From: Candidatus Brocadia sp.
GTDB lineage: Bacteria > Planctomycetota > Brocadiia > Brocadiales > Brocadiaceae
Reading direction: 5' to 3'
DNA length: 32,000 nt
NCBI GenBank assembly: GCA_021650915.1
Contig: CP091279.1
Span: forward strand, 270,001 to 302,000
The first letter of the stretch is position 1, and each line of letters opens with the position of its first letter. Position numbers and translations under genes: made by a program. Shown piece by piece: positions 16,460 to 24,608 of the stretch. The notes beneath the pieces were generated by a model, which did no database searches, was not told where the DNA came from, and worked only from the letters and a program-made list of their open reading frames with translations.

Positions 16460-16804
16460 TCACTTCTTTTTCAGTACCTCCAAAAGCACTTCCGCATTAT
16501 TTCTGGCTTCATCTTTGGCGGCATATAAGAGAGTAACCTTTTTCTTTTTTTCTAGGTCTATCAATTGTTTCAGGAGCTCGCTTTTATCTTTCAGCTCTTT
16601 CCTATAACGACTTTTAAACTCCTGCCAACGTTCTTCTTTATGAGCAAACCACTTTCGGAGCGTGTCGCTGGGGGCAATCTCTTTCATCCAGTAATCGATG
16701 GCAGCGTCTTCTTTTTTAAGACCTCGGGGCCAGAGACGATCAATCAGCACCCTTATTCCATCACCATTGTCTGGTTTTTCATAAACTCGTTTTATTCCAA
16801 TCAT
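16460..16804 (-). CDS. DUF488 family protein
   Basis: This is a 114-aa protein. It contains RVLIDRLWPRGLKKEDAAIDYWMKEIAPSDTLRKWFAHKEERWQEFKSRYRKEL, the DUF488 signature. Confidence 0.85.
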   Translation of the reverse strand: MIGIKRVYEKPDNGDGIRVLIDRLWPRGLKKEDAAIDYWMKEIAPSDTLRKWFAHKEERWQEFKSRYRKELKDKSELLKQLIDLEKKKKVTLLYAAKDEARNNAEVLLEVLKKK

Positions 16805-16816
16805 AGCAGATTAACC

Positions 16817-17077
16817 TCATTTACATCCTTCCATTTCATGAATATAATAACCACTATCTTCTATAACCTTTTTAACATTCTCGGACGCGTTTTCCGTGTG
16901 ACAGAAGCGACATTCTTGCGTCGTAAGTGGTTGCCCCTCTTGTCCCACTCTTTTTAGATATTCAAGTCCATACTGAATGGCCTTTTCGTGGGACTGTTCC
17001 TTTGGGACGATAATATCAAAATGCATTGTTACTCCATTTTTTTTAACAACGTATGTATCGTAGACAGCCACTTTCAT
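16817..17077 (-). CDS. DUF2024 family protein
   Basis: This is an 86-aa protein. MKVAVYDTYVVKKNGVTMHFDIIVP...ECRFCHTE...GYYIHEMEGC matches my recollection of DUF2024. There is a 12-nt gap to DUF488. Confidence 0.7.
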   Translation of the reverse strand: MKVAVYDTYVVKKNGVTMHFDIIVPKEQSHEKAIQYGLEYLKRVGQEGQPLTTQECRFCHTENASENVKKVIEDSGYYIHEMEGCK

Positions 17078-17190
17078 AGAGTATCCATCCCTTCTTTAAC
17101 ATGTTGAAAAGATTGTGAAAATATCTTGGTTGCTGCAATGCGAGATCAATCTCTTTTCTCCCTATTCATCAAAAAATTTCAGATTTTTTT

Positions 17191-17613
17191 CTACCGAGAC
17201 ACCATCCGCAGGCATTCGTCCATAGTGAGAACGGGTACAATTTTTCCGGTTTGACTGGGCACCAGCGGAAGAAAAAATTCTACTACTGAGCTAAAGTCAC
17301 TTGCTTCCAGGATAATAAAAAAATCATGTTCTGTGACCGTGGCATAAGCTCCCAGTATTGTTATACCTTTCTCTTCAGCCATTTTCCTTCCCTCCCAGAA
17401 CTTCCTTAACGTCATTGCTCCATCTTCATTCCTGCCAGGGCAGTTTTCCGGGGTATGTATCCAGTGAGCGACGTATACCGTTTTTTTCCCGGTAACGCCA
17501 ATATTCCATCCAGGCTCCTTCTCATTCTCGCTGGCACAGATGTCAGAACTCATAAACATCGTGGTTGCAAATAGAATACAGGCTCCCAATAGCATAGTTC
17601 TCTTTTGGTTCAT
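17191..17613 (-). CDS. Small secreted DUF3303/GYD-like (dimeric alpha/beta-barrel-like) protein, intact paralogue of the IS-split gene
   Basis: The track ORF is 17191-17655. I set the start at the ATG at 17613 (MNQKRTMLLGACILF...) because that gives a 140-aa product exactly colinear with the rebuilt 140-aa split gene. It has a signal peptide followed by HWIHTPENCPGR...GITILGAYATVTEHDFFIILEASDF. The family assignment is tentative. Confidence 0.8.
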   Translation of the reverse strand: MNQKRTMLLGACILFATTMFMSSDICASENEKEPGWNIGVTGKKTVYVAHWIHTPENCPGRNEDGAMTLRKFWEGRKMAEEKGITILGAYATVTEHDFFIILEASDFSSVVEFFLPLVPSQTGKIVPVLTMDECLRMVSR

Positions 17614-17775
17614 GTCGTCTGTTTCTCCATTTACAGAAAGTTTTATGAATACCATTTATTGCTGATCAAATTTCACTATTTTCTGATAAAAATGACTGGT
17701 TTTTCGTAAGCCTTGTTTTCGTTTCTTCAAATTCTCTGGCAGAATCAGTTTTTTTACTATCACCTCCTTCGGATT

Positions 17776-18633
17776 TTAACTTTTATAGGTGAGAACACGG
17801 CCCCAGAGGCTTTTTGTTCCCCAGATGCCCGACCTCAGAGATTCAAGCTGAACAATCTGGCTGTGATCAACAAAGAGATTAACCTCCGGTCCATAATTCT
17901 TGATATACCACGAAAAGACATCCGGATCAGCCGCTTCAAACATCACTTTTTCAAGACCCAGTGCGTGAATGATTCTGGCCACAACATCAGTGCGCCACGT
18001 CTTTACATTCTCTGTGATACCTTCTGACTCAATCATAATCATGTATGCCCCGGCTTCCAAGAAACGTCTTGCCTGCAAGATAGCCCATTCCGGGTCACGC
18101 GTTCCCTCCGCTTCCAGTTCTTCAGCAGCGCTTGCGCCACCGGACCCAAACTGAATCCCAACTTCTGGTTTTGCAATCAATCCGGCATTTAATACTTTTT
18201 CAACAAGGCGCAACAGGTCTTCCGTCGGTACGGTGATGAAACCGCTTGAAATCTCGATAATATCGAAGCCGAGATCCTTGCATTCCTGAAGGTAATAATT
18301 TACAGCCTCGTTCCCTTGTGTTAGCACATATTCTATGAAACCTCCGGTGGATACACGTACTTTATGGGCATGGCAGAGGTCGATGATCTCTTTTACTACT
18401 CGCCTTGGCATGAGGGTGAACGATCCACCGGCAAACTTAAGGGTGTCTATGTAGGTGCCCATGGTTCCAAGAACGTCACAGAGATAATTTCTACCCATTG
18501 GTGTATAGTAAGGGCCGCGAATTTCCGTTACACCCTGAGAGCGTGGCTTCGATTGTCGTTTATTGATTCTTAAGAAGGAAAATGCCCGCTCTTGGTCATT
18601 TGTGGTCAATTGAGCCATTTTTGTATCCTCCAT
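17776..18633 (-). CDS. comA: (2R)-phospho-3-sulfolactate synthase (ComA family)
   Basis: This is a 285-aa protein colinear with archaeal ComA. Shared blocks are YIDTLKFAGGSF, CKDLGFDIIEISSGF, MIESEGI and VMFEAADPDVFSWYIKNYGPEVNLFVDHSQIVQLESLRSGIWG. The start may instead be the ATG at 18618 (MAQLTT), which has GGAGG 8 nt upstream. Confidence 0.85.
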   Translation of the reverse strand: MEDTKMAQLTTNDQERAFSFLRINKRQSKPRSQGVTEIRGPYYTPMGRNYLCDVLGTMGTYIDTLKFAGGSFTLMPRRVVKEIIDLCHAHKVRVSTGGFIEYVLTQGNEAVNYYLQECKDLGFDIIEISSGFITVPTEDLLRLVEKVLNAGLIAKPEVGIQFGSGGASAAEELEAEGTRDPEWAILQARRFLEAGAYMIMIESEGITENVKTWRTDVVARIIHALGLEKVMFEAADPDVFSWYIKNYGPEVNLFVDHSQIVQLESLRSGIWGTKSLWGRVLTYKS

Positions 18634-18728
18634 GCCTTTCTATCGATAAGGACTGCTGATTTATCGAAAACAGATAAAATTGTCCATATCAAACGAAAAC
18701 CCATTTAAAGGGAATAAATTCAAGGCCA

Positions 18729-20102
18729 TCAAGCCATTGAAACCTGAACCTTTGCGAGTAATCTCATGAGATATGCAATCTGAATAGAATCCAGGTTAGC
18801 AACGGCATCAATGATTTCCCGGCGTAAGGGCGCATCGGTGTATGGGCTGCTTAGACGTTCGAACTTCTGCACCACGGTTTCCCACCGTATCGGACGGGTA
18901 TGAAAGCCTTCGTAGTCTTGTTTTTCCTTGACCATTAGCCGGCCATTTAAGAGCGAGACGGTAATCCTGCACGGCATCTGATCCGGGAACTGCCGGCTGT
19001 AAGCTTCTGAAGGCCTTACTGTGACCTTTCTGAGCAAGGCCTGAACATCGTTATTTTGGATACGCTCCAGCAGGTATTGATCAGGCATGACACGGTCATC
19101 CAGGACTGCCACGGCGATCATGTAGGGGAGACTATGATCGGCTTCCTCTTTTGAACTGACGAGGGTCTTATCTCCCTCCTCGCCGCCACCGATGATATGG
19201 TACGCAACGTCAAAAATATCGATCTCAATGCGTGCAACTTCTGCCGCTGAAAAACCGTACTCTTCTTTTAGTTCCAGAATGCCTTCAATGGCTGTCTGGG
19301 AGTGAATCTCGGCATTATATCTCTTGATAATTGTCTGATTTACGCGTTCCAGATTCTCTCGAGACCAATCAATTTCGAATCGTCCGGAGATGGTGTCCAT
19401 AAAGCCTTTGTTTCCCTCAAAGACCCCCAGGGGACCCGTAATACCCCGCATGGCGAGAAAAGTTGCATGCGTGCACCCAAATGCTGTATGAGGATAGGCA
19501 AGTCCCTTCCAGTGGGACAATTTGCCGGTCCGGGTTACCCGAAGGGCATTAAATGCCGTTCCGCACAGCGCAATAGCATGTGCAGTTTTCGTTTGGTCCA
19601 TGCCTAGCGCCTTGGATACTCCTGCCGCCACCGCGTACGCGCCTTGCGTAGTGTGGTCAAAGCCTTTTGCGCGAAGAGGTGCAACATCACTCAGGCGGCA
19701 GTGTACCTGATATGACACGGCAAGGGCCGTCATGAATACCTGCCCTTTTTGGTGAGCATACTCAGCCGCCGCAAGGATTGCGCCAAGATTGTCGCTGGGG
19801 TGGCATGTCTCACCTTTTGCCAGATAACTGTCATTAAAGTCCAGATAGCGAACCAGTGCGCTATGGTAAAATGCAGTGCGATCAGGGGCGCCTTGCCCTC
19901 CTCCGATCATGGTGCAGCGGCTGGTACCGCCAAAATCTTCATTTTGAGACCGGATTAGCAGAATAGGTTCTCCGTCCATAGCGCCAATAGCACAACCCAA
20001 GGCATCAAGCACCCGGATTTTCAGTTGTTGACAAACCGACTTAGAAAGATCACCATACGACGCTTGTACGACAAATGCTGCAAGCTGCTCCGCCTGTGTC
20101 AT
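18729..20102 (-). CDS. MmgE/PrpD family protein (2-methylcitrate dehydratase-like)
   Basis: This is a 457-aa protein. The N-terminal LAAFVVQASYGDLSKSVCQQLKIRVLDALGCAIGA and the overall length match the PrpD family. The substrate cannot be inferred. Confidence 0.85.
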   Translation of the reverse strand: MTQAEQLAAFVVQASYGDLSKSVCQQLKIRVLDALGCAIGAMDGEPILLIRSQNEDFGGTSRCTMIGGGQGAPDRTAFYHSALVRYLDFNDSYLAKGETCHPSDNLGAILAAAEYAHQKGQVFMTALAVSYQVHCRLSDVAPLRAKGFDHTTQGAYAVAAGVSKALGMDQTKTAHAIALCGTAFNALRVTRTGKLSHWKGLAYPHTAFGCTHATFLAMRGITGPLGVFEGNKGFMDTISGRFEIDWSRENLERVNQTIIKRYNAEIHSQTAIEGILELKEEYGFSAAEVARIEIDIFDVAYHIIGGGEEGDKTLVSSKEEADHSLPYMIAVAVLDDRVMPDQYLLERIQNNDVQALLRKVTVRPSEAYSRQFPDQMPCRITVSLLNGRLMVKEKQDYEGFHTRPIRWETVVQKFERLSSPYTDAPLRREIIDAVANLDSIQIAYLMRLLAKVQVSMA

Positions 20103-20105
20103 ACG

Positions 20106-20264
20106 TCAGAATACTTCGAATTGTTCTTTTGGTACCCCGCAGACAGGGCATGTCCAGTCATCAGACAGATGCTGAAAACTCGTGCCAGGATCTACGCCAT
20201 GAGTTGGGTCGCCTTTCGCAGGATTATAGATATAACCACAAATATTACACTTGTATTTTTCCAT
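20106..20264 (-). CDS. Rubredoxin
   Basis: It is absent from the ORF track, presumably because the product is only 52 aa. Hand translation gives [66 protein letters not shown] Shine-Dalgarno region lies upstream. Its TGA is separated by 3 nt from the ATG of the PrpD-family gene. Confidence 0.9.
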   Translation of the reverse strand: MEKYKCNICGYIYNPAKGDPTHGVDPGTSFQHLSDDWTCPVCGVPKEQFEVF

Positions 20265-20318
20265 ACTCCTATCCTCCTTATGATTTGCATATCAATGACA
20301 TTGCATCAATACTCACAA

Positions 20319-20350
20319 GTGAATCATCGATAATCATATCAATGATTCAC
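20319..20350. promoter_or_regulatory. AT-rich inverted repeat / Fur-box-like operator candidate upstream of the rubredoxin operon
   Basis: GTGAATCAT (20319-20327) and ATGATTCAC (20342-20350) are perfect 9-bp arms. The core GATAATCATATCAATGAT is made of nATwAT-like hexamers. The motif CATATCAATGA also occurs at about 20288. The site lies about 55 nt upstream of the rubredoxin ATG. Confidence 0.3.
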
Positions 20351-20783
20351 CATCAATAATAATTACAACCAGACTTTTTTTGCAATATACAAACAGGTTG
20401 TAACTACAAATTTGACGCTGAATACTATTCGCTTGACTTTTTTTCTGGCGGTTCTTTTTCATTACTATATCATAATTCTGTTCATTTACAATCTCATTAA
20501 AGGAAGGTGCAAACATCTCTTGTACCATGGATAATCGAGATCTCCGTTTATCATCAAAAAGGAATGTGTGCGCCTTGTAATAGCAGAGCAGAAGCGATAT
20601 GGCTGGTAAAAGAACACCCATGAGATGCATGGATTAAAAAAAACAATGACGGGAGAACGGTGGCAATTTCTGTTGTTTGTTTTAGATTATTGGTTTATAT
20701 TAAAACAGGATTATTATCATAATAAGTAAGCGATAAATGGGAATACTCAGAAGATTTTTTTAAACCAAAGAACAGGAGGATAT

Positions 20784-21002
20784 ATGAGCAAGAATTTATA
20801 TGTAATTATAGATGGTGAGGTGCATCCCTTTCATTGTCAGAACGATTACACGGAACTTGATTCCATTGTTACCTATGCCAACACAGAAGAGCACGCCATG
20901 GAGTTGGCGACCCTGTATGAGCGTGGTGAGATTGAGCCTTCTGATTTTCACTGCAGGAAATGTGGCGGTACACATGTTGTGTTACAGGAAAGTGGGGAAT
21001 AA
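20784..21002 (+). CDS. Small hypothetical protein (72 aa) with an HC...HCxxC pattern
   Basis: AGGAGG lies 5 nt upstream of the ATG. The sequence MSKNLYVIIDGEVHPFHCQNDY...SDFHCRKCGGTH suggests a possible zinc-binding site. I recognise no family. Confidence 0.55.
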   Translation: MSKNLYVIIDGEVHPFHCQNDYTELDSIVTYANTEEHAMELATLYERGEIEPSDFHCRKCGGTHVVLQESGE

Positions 21003-21136
21003 CTGAACAGGGAATTGTCTATGGCGATAAAAAATAATAGCCAGAAAGAAAAAAGACATTGCCTACAAGGCATAAGTATTTGAACAGGACGGGAAGACTT
21101 TAATCAGACGGGAGATAAAATGAGGAGGTTAAAGTA

Positions 21137-21577
21137 ATGAAAAAGGCGCTTATTGGTTATTACAGTCGCACCGGCAAGACGGAGAAAATGGCGGAATATC
21201 TTGCCGAAGGTGTTCGTTTTAGTGGAAATGACGTTGAAATGAAAAAGATATCTGAGATTAAAACTGAAAAGGATCTGCAGGGTTTTGACGGCTACCTCTT
21301 TGGTTGCCCAACCTATCACAAAGATATGACAGAAAATTTCAAGACATTCCTTTTCCTGGCACAGAAGGTAAAATTAGAGGGTAAACTTGGCGGCGCCTTT
21401 GGACCGCATACCCATAGCGGGGAAGCGCCAAAAATAATATTTGATACGATGGAGTTTGTTTACCAGATGAAAATGACTAATCTCGGCGCCCTTATCCTGA
21501 AAGAGAACATCGTGGAAACAACTGAAGGCATGCGGGCATGCCAGACTTACGGTCGCGACTTTGGAAAAAGGCTTTAG
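21137..21577 (+). CDS. Flavodoxin family protein
   Basis: This is a 146-aa protein. It shows MKKALIGYYSRTGKTEKMAEYLAEG (a phosphate-binding loop of the S/T-x-T-G-x-T type) and LFGCPTY. A GAGGAGG Shine-Dalgarno sequence lies upstream. Confidence 0.8.
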   Translation: MKKALIGYYSRTGKTEKMAEYLAEGVRFSGNDVEMKKISEIKTEKDLQGFDGYLFGCPTYHKDMTENFKTFLFLAQKVKLEGKLGGAFGPHTHSGEAPKIIFDTMEFVYQMKMTNLGALILKENIVETTEGMRACQTYGRDFGKRL

Positions 21578-21615
21578 GCTTAATTTTCATTCGATAGTAT
21601 CCAGATAAGGAAATT

Positions 21616-21646
21616 TTGATAATACAAAGTCTTTGTCTATTATCAA
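21616..21646. promoter_or_regulatory. 31-bp near-perfect palindrome with Fur half-site-like arms (or an AT-rich terminator hairpin)
   Basis: The sequence is TTGATAATACAAAG-T-CTTTGTCTATTATCAA. The outer arms contain TGATAAT and ATTATCA. It lies between the flavodoxin stop (21577) and the ATG of the OM beta-barrel gene (21677). Confidence 0.3.
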
Positions 21647-21676
21647 GGTAGGTTTTCCATTTCAGGAGGGGGAAAA

Positions 21677-22615
21677 ATGTTTCGTTGTATTGCGATTTTA
21701 TTATGCTTAGTGGGGCTCTCCGCTGTAAAAGCAACTTATGGTTATTCACATGATGAAAATGTACCGGAAAGCAATGTGTCTGGCGATGTTACAAAAACCC
21801 ATGCAGAACATCATGGTGTAAAAAGGAGTCTTGGGTTTTCAAATTTTCTTGAGGGATGGTTTACATCCTGGCAGGCCTATGAAGAAACCAAAGACGATGC
21901 GCCGAGAGTGCCGCTTTTACGCATTGCGCCGGCATTCTTTCAGAGAGAAGTCAGGTTCAACTACATTTATATAGATGACGAACATCATGGCGAGGCAGAC
22001 GTCAATGAGTTTGCGTTCGCTTTAGAATTGCCGCTTACACTCCGTTTTAAAGTCGATATCGAATCGAAGGTGCTTCATGTCAATACCATTGAGGACAGCG
22101 ACAACGTTGGATTTGGTGATACAAGGATTGCCCTTCGGGCTATGCTCTTTGAGAACAACACGCTATCATTGTCCACGGGTTCCATTATCAACATTCCCAC
22201 GGGGGATGCGGACAGAGGATTGGGTGAGGAGATAACGACTCTTGGGCAACAACTTGCTGGCTGGATAGATCTGGGACATCGTATAAGCCTCCACACCTTT
22301 TTAGGTGTCGAGGTTCCTACGGGTGGAAACGACAAAGATAACGCTGATCTGGAATTTCTTTACGGTGCCGCGATATCAAAGACTATTACCGTACATGGAA
22401 ATCGTGTGCTGCATGGTATTACGCCTTTTCTTGAATTAAACGGGCACAAGGGGTTTGGGCTGAATGAAGGAAGGCAGTATTTTACTGATCTCCTGCCCGG
22501 GGTGCGATTTGATCTTAGTCATGAACTCTATGTGCTGGCTGGGTATGAATTGCCCTTAAATGGCTCAGACGAGTTTGATAAGCGCGTTTGGTTTAGCGTT
22601 ATAAAGGATTTTTAG
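21677..22615 (+). CDS. Putative outer-membrane beta-barrel protein
   Basis: This is a 312-aa protein with a strong Shine-Dalgarno sequence (GGAGGGGG) and a signal peptide (IAILLCLVGLSAVKA). It has alternating-residue segments and a C-terminal aromatic ending (...WFSVIKDF). Resemblance to the MetA-pathway/transporter-type small barrels is by recollection only. Confidence 0.55.
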   Translation: MFRCIAILLCLVGLSAVKATYGYSHDENVPESNVSGDVTKTHAEHHGVKRSLGFSNFLEGWFTSWQAYEETKDDAPRVPLLRIAPAFFQREVRFNYIYIDDEHHGEADVNEFAFALELPLTLRFKVDIESKVLHVNTIEDSDNVGFGDTRIALRAMLFENNTLSLSTGSIINIPTGDADRGLGEEITTLGQQLAGWIDLGHRISLHTFLGVEVPTGGNDKDNADLEFLYGAAISKTITVHGNRVLHGITPFLELNGHKGFGLNEGRQYFTDLLPGVRFDLSHELYVLAGYELPLNGSDEFDKRVWFSVIKDF

Positions 22616-22829
22616 TCTTTTCTCTTTTATAGCTTATTTCGATGAGAGAAAACAACCTTGTTTTATAGAAAACGAATGCTCCGTATCAGTTTAATAAATC
22701 ACAAACCATGAACTTTTTACGTAGTGAAAGAGGTTCCATTACGGAGAGGGAATTGAAGGTTGATAAAGAAGTTTGTACAGGGTTGATAATTCGGCGTGTA
22801 TGATATAAAGGCACAAAAGGTAAAAGAAG

Positions 22830-22871
22830 GCAGTATCACCATCAATACTAGTGATACTGCTTTTTTCTTTT
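22830..22871. terminator. Bidirectional intrinsic terminator between the convergent OM-barrel and cysC genes
   Basis: A 10-bp stem GCAGTATCAC / GTGATACTGC (22830-22839 / 22851-22860) is followed by TTTTTTCTTTT on the plus strand. The minus-strand side is also T-rich. Confidence 0.6.
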
Positions 22872-22929
22872 GCCTAATGACCACAGGTAATACATGATTG
22901 ATCGCCCACCTGCAATCGACTATAATTCC

Positions 22930-23541
22930 TCAAAACTTTACATACCCCTTTGCTTCAAGATAATTTAATATTGCCCGCGTTGACTCATCAACAGTCATTT
23001 TTGATGTGTCTACCGTGAGTTCAGGATGCAGCGGTTCTTCATACGGCGCTGATATGCCGGTAAATTCCTTGACCTCACCCGCGCGTGCCTTTTTATAGAG
23101 TCCCTTGGTGTCTCTCTGTTCGCATACTTCAAGGGGACACTGTATATAGATTTCAATAAATTCTCCGCCTTTAAGCAGCTTCCTGACGTTGTCTCTGTCC
23201 TGCCGGTATGGTGATATAAATGCCGTTATGGCTATCATGTTTGCATCGGTAAACAACTTTGCTACCTCACCGATGCGTCGGATATTTTCAGTACGGTCTT
23301 CTGGTGAAAAACCAAGGTTTTTATTCAGTCCGTGACGGATGTTGTCGCCGTCGAGTATGTATGCAAGGTGTTTGTTTTCAAGAAGGGCGTGCTCGAGCTC
23401 AACGGCAATCGTCGACTTTCCGGAGCCAGACAAACCTGTCAGCCATATCGTGACCCCTTTTTGTTTCATGAGTTTAACTCTGTCATCTTTTGTAATTTTT
23501 CCATGATGCCATTTAATATTGGTAGCCTTTTGTACGGTCAT
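22930..23541 (-). CDS. cysC: Adenylyl-sulfate (APS) kinase
   Basis: It carries the P-loop GLSGSGKST and the block YILDGDNIRHGLNKNLGFSPEDRTENIRRIGEVAKLF...ITAFISPY. I prefer the ATG at 23541 (MTVQKATN...), which has AAGGAG upstream, over the TTG at 23571 used by the track. Confidence 0.92.
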   Translation of the reverse strand: MTVQKATNIKWHHGKITKDDRVKLMKQKGVTIWLTGLSGSGKSTIAVELEHALLENKHLAYILDGDNIRHGLNKNLGFSPEDRTENIRRIGEVAKLFTDANMIAITAFISPYRQDRDNVRKLLKGGEFIEIYIQCPLEVCEQRDTKGLYKKARAGEVKEFTGISAPYEEPLHPELTVDTSKMTVDESTRAILNYLEAKGYVKF

Positions 23542-23586
23542 GTCGTCTCCTTTTGTTTTAAAAAATAACAAAGTGGTAAATGTTTC

Positions 23587-24573
23587 CTAATACAGGTGTT
23601 TCAGTCTTAATGCATCACAATTACCGCAGACATCATTCTGATGCTCGCGGAAATAGTGTATATTCTCGCCGTGCCAGATTTCATCTATGTCTCGCTTTAA
23701 AAGATTCCCCACCTCATAACGGGGAAGGTCGCAGCAGGGGGTGGCCTTGCCATCGATGTTAATGTACAGATAATCATAGGGTTTTGGACAGTACTTATCA
23801 AACTGGTACATGACAGGACGCAGTTGTTTATAGAAAAGCCGAAGCAACCTATTCTCAAATGCCGTATAGTTGTTATCAACTTGCAGGCCATACTTTTCGG
23901 CTATTTCCTCGGCCATTTTATAAATGGTCAATTCCTCTTTTAAACTTGGCCTCTTGCAACCGTTATTCCCGAGCTGATTGTTCAGTCGCACTAAATATAC
24001 ACGATCTGCGCCCACTTCTCCAGCAAATCTTATGGTGTCAAGGCATTGAGATTTGTCGTGCATCGTTATTTGAATGGTGACGGTAGGCTTTCTTCTGTTT
24101 CCGCGATCGTGTAAAAGAGATTCAATATTTTTTTGAACAACCATATTGGAAGGATGGCCATCGGTAACCCCATGGCCTTCCTTAACACTGTCTAAAGAAA
24201 TCGTTAGTTTATCTAATGTTTCAAGAAACTTTTCGATAAAAGAAGCCAACAACAGGCCGTTCGTTGTCACGCCGACATGGTGCCCCTTGTTTTTGGTATA
24301 GAGAATCATATCTACGAGTTCTGGATGCAAAAGTGGTTCACCCCATCCGGTAAGGGTGATATTATAGATAGAATCTATCCTGTCGATAATTTTTTTGAAA
24401 AGATCGAGAGATATGTCTTGTTCCGGCAGGTTGAAAGATTCTCGGGGACACATACCACAGGTATAGTTACAACGGTTTGTGATTTCAATCTGAATACGCT
24501 CAGGTCTCCGCGGAATGGCATAAAAGGTTCTTCCGACGACACCTTTTATGAGGTGTAGGGGATTGGTAAGCAT
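23587..24573 (-). CDS. Radical SAM protein with a C-terminal SPASM/twitch-like Cys cluster
   Basis: This is a 328-aa protein. It has CNYTCGMC (the CX3CX2C motif) at residues 35-42 and C-terminal CPKP...ATPCCDLP...CGNCD cysteines. The substrate is unknown. Confidence 0.85.
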   Translation of the reverse strand: MLTNPLHLIKGVVGRTFYAIPRRPERIQIEITNRCNYTCGMCPRESFNLPEQDISLDLFKKIIDRIDSIYNITLTGWGEPLLHPELVDMILYTKNKGHHVGVTTNGLLLASFIEKFLETLDKLTISLDSVKEGHGVTDGHPSNMVVQKNIESLLHDRGNRRKPTVTIQITMHDKSQCLDTIRFAGEVGADRVYLVRLNNQLGNNGCKRPSLKEELTIYKMAEEIAEKYGLQVDNNYTAFENRLLRLFYKQLRPVMYQFDKYCPKPYDYLYINIDGKATPCCDLPRYEVGNLLKRDIDEIWHGENIHYFREHQNDVCGNCDALRLKHLY

Positions 24574-24608
24574 CTATTCGTTCAGGACAAGTATGAAATT
24601 GTTGTATT

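Noticed and set aside
20334-20630. 98-aa minus-strand ORF in the divergent control region
   Set aside because: The region is AT-rich and the product is low in complexity. It has no RBS and no recognisable motif, so it is more likely non-coding regulatory DNA.
22708-22803. 31-codon plus-strand ORF (and a 59-codon minus-strand ORF) in the OM-barrel/cysC spacer
   Set aside because: Neither has an RBS. The minus-strand ORF runs through the terminator hairpin, and there is no supporting motif.
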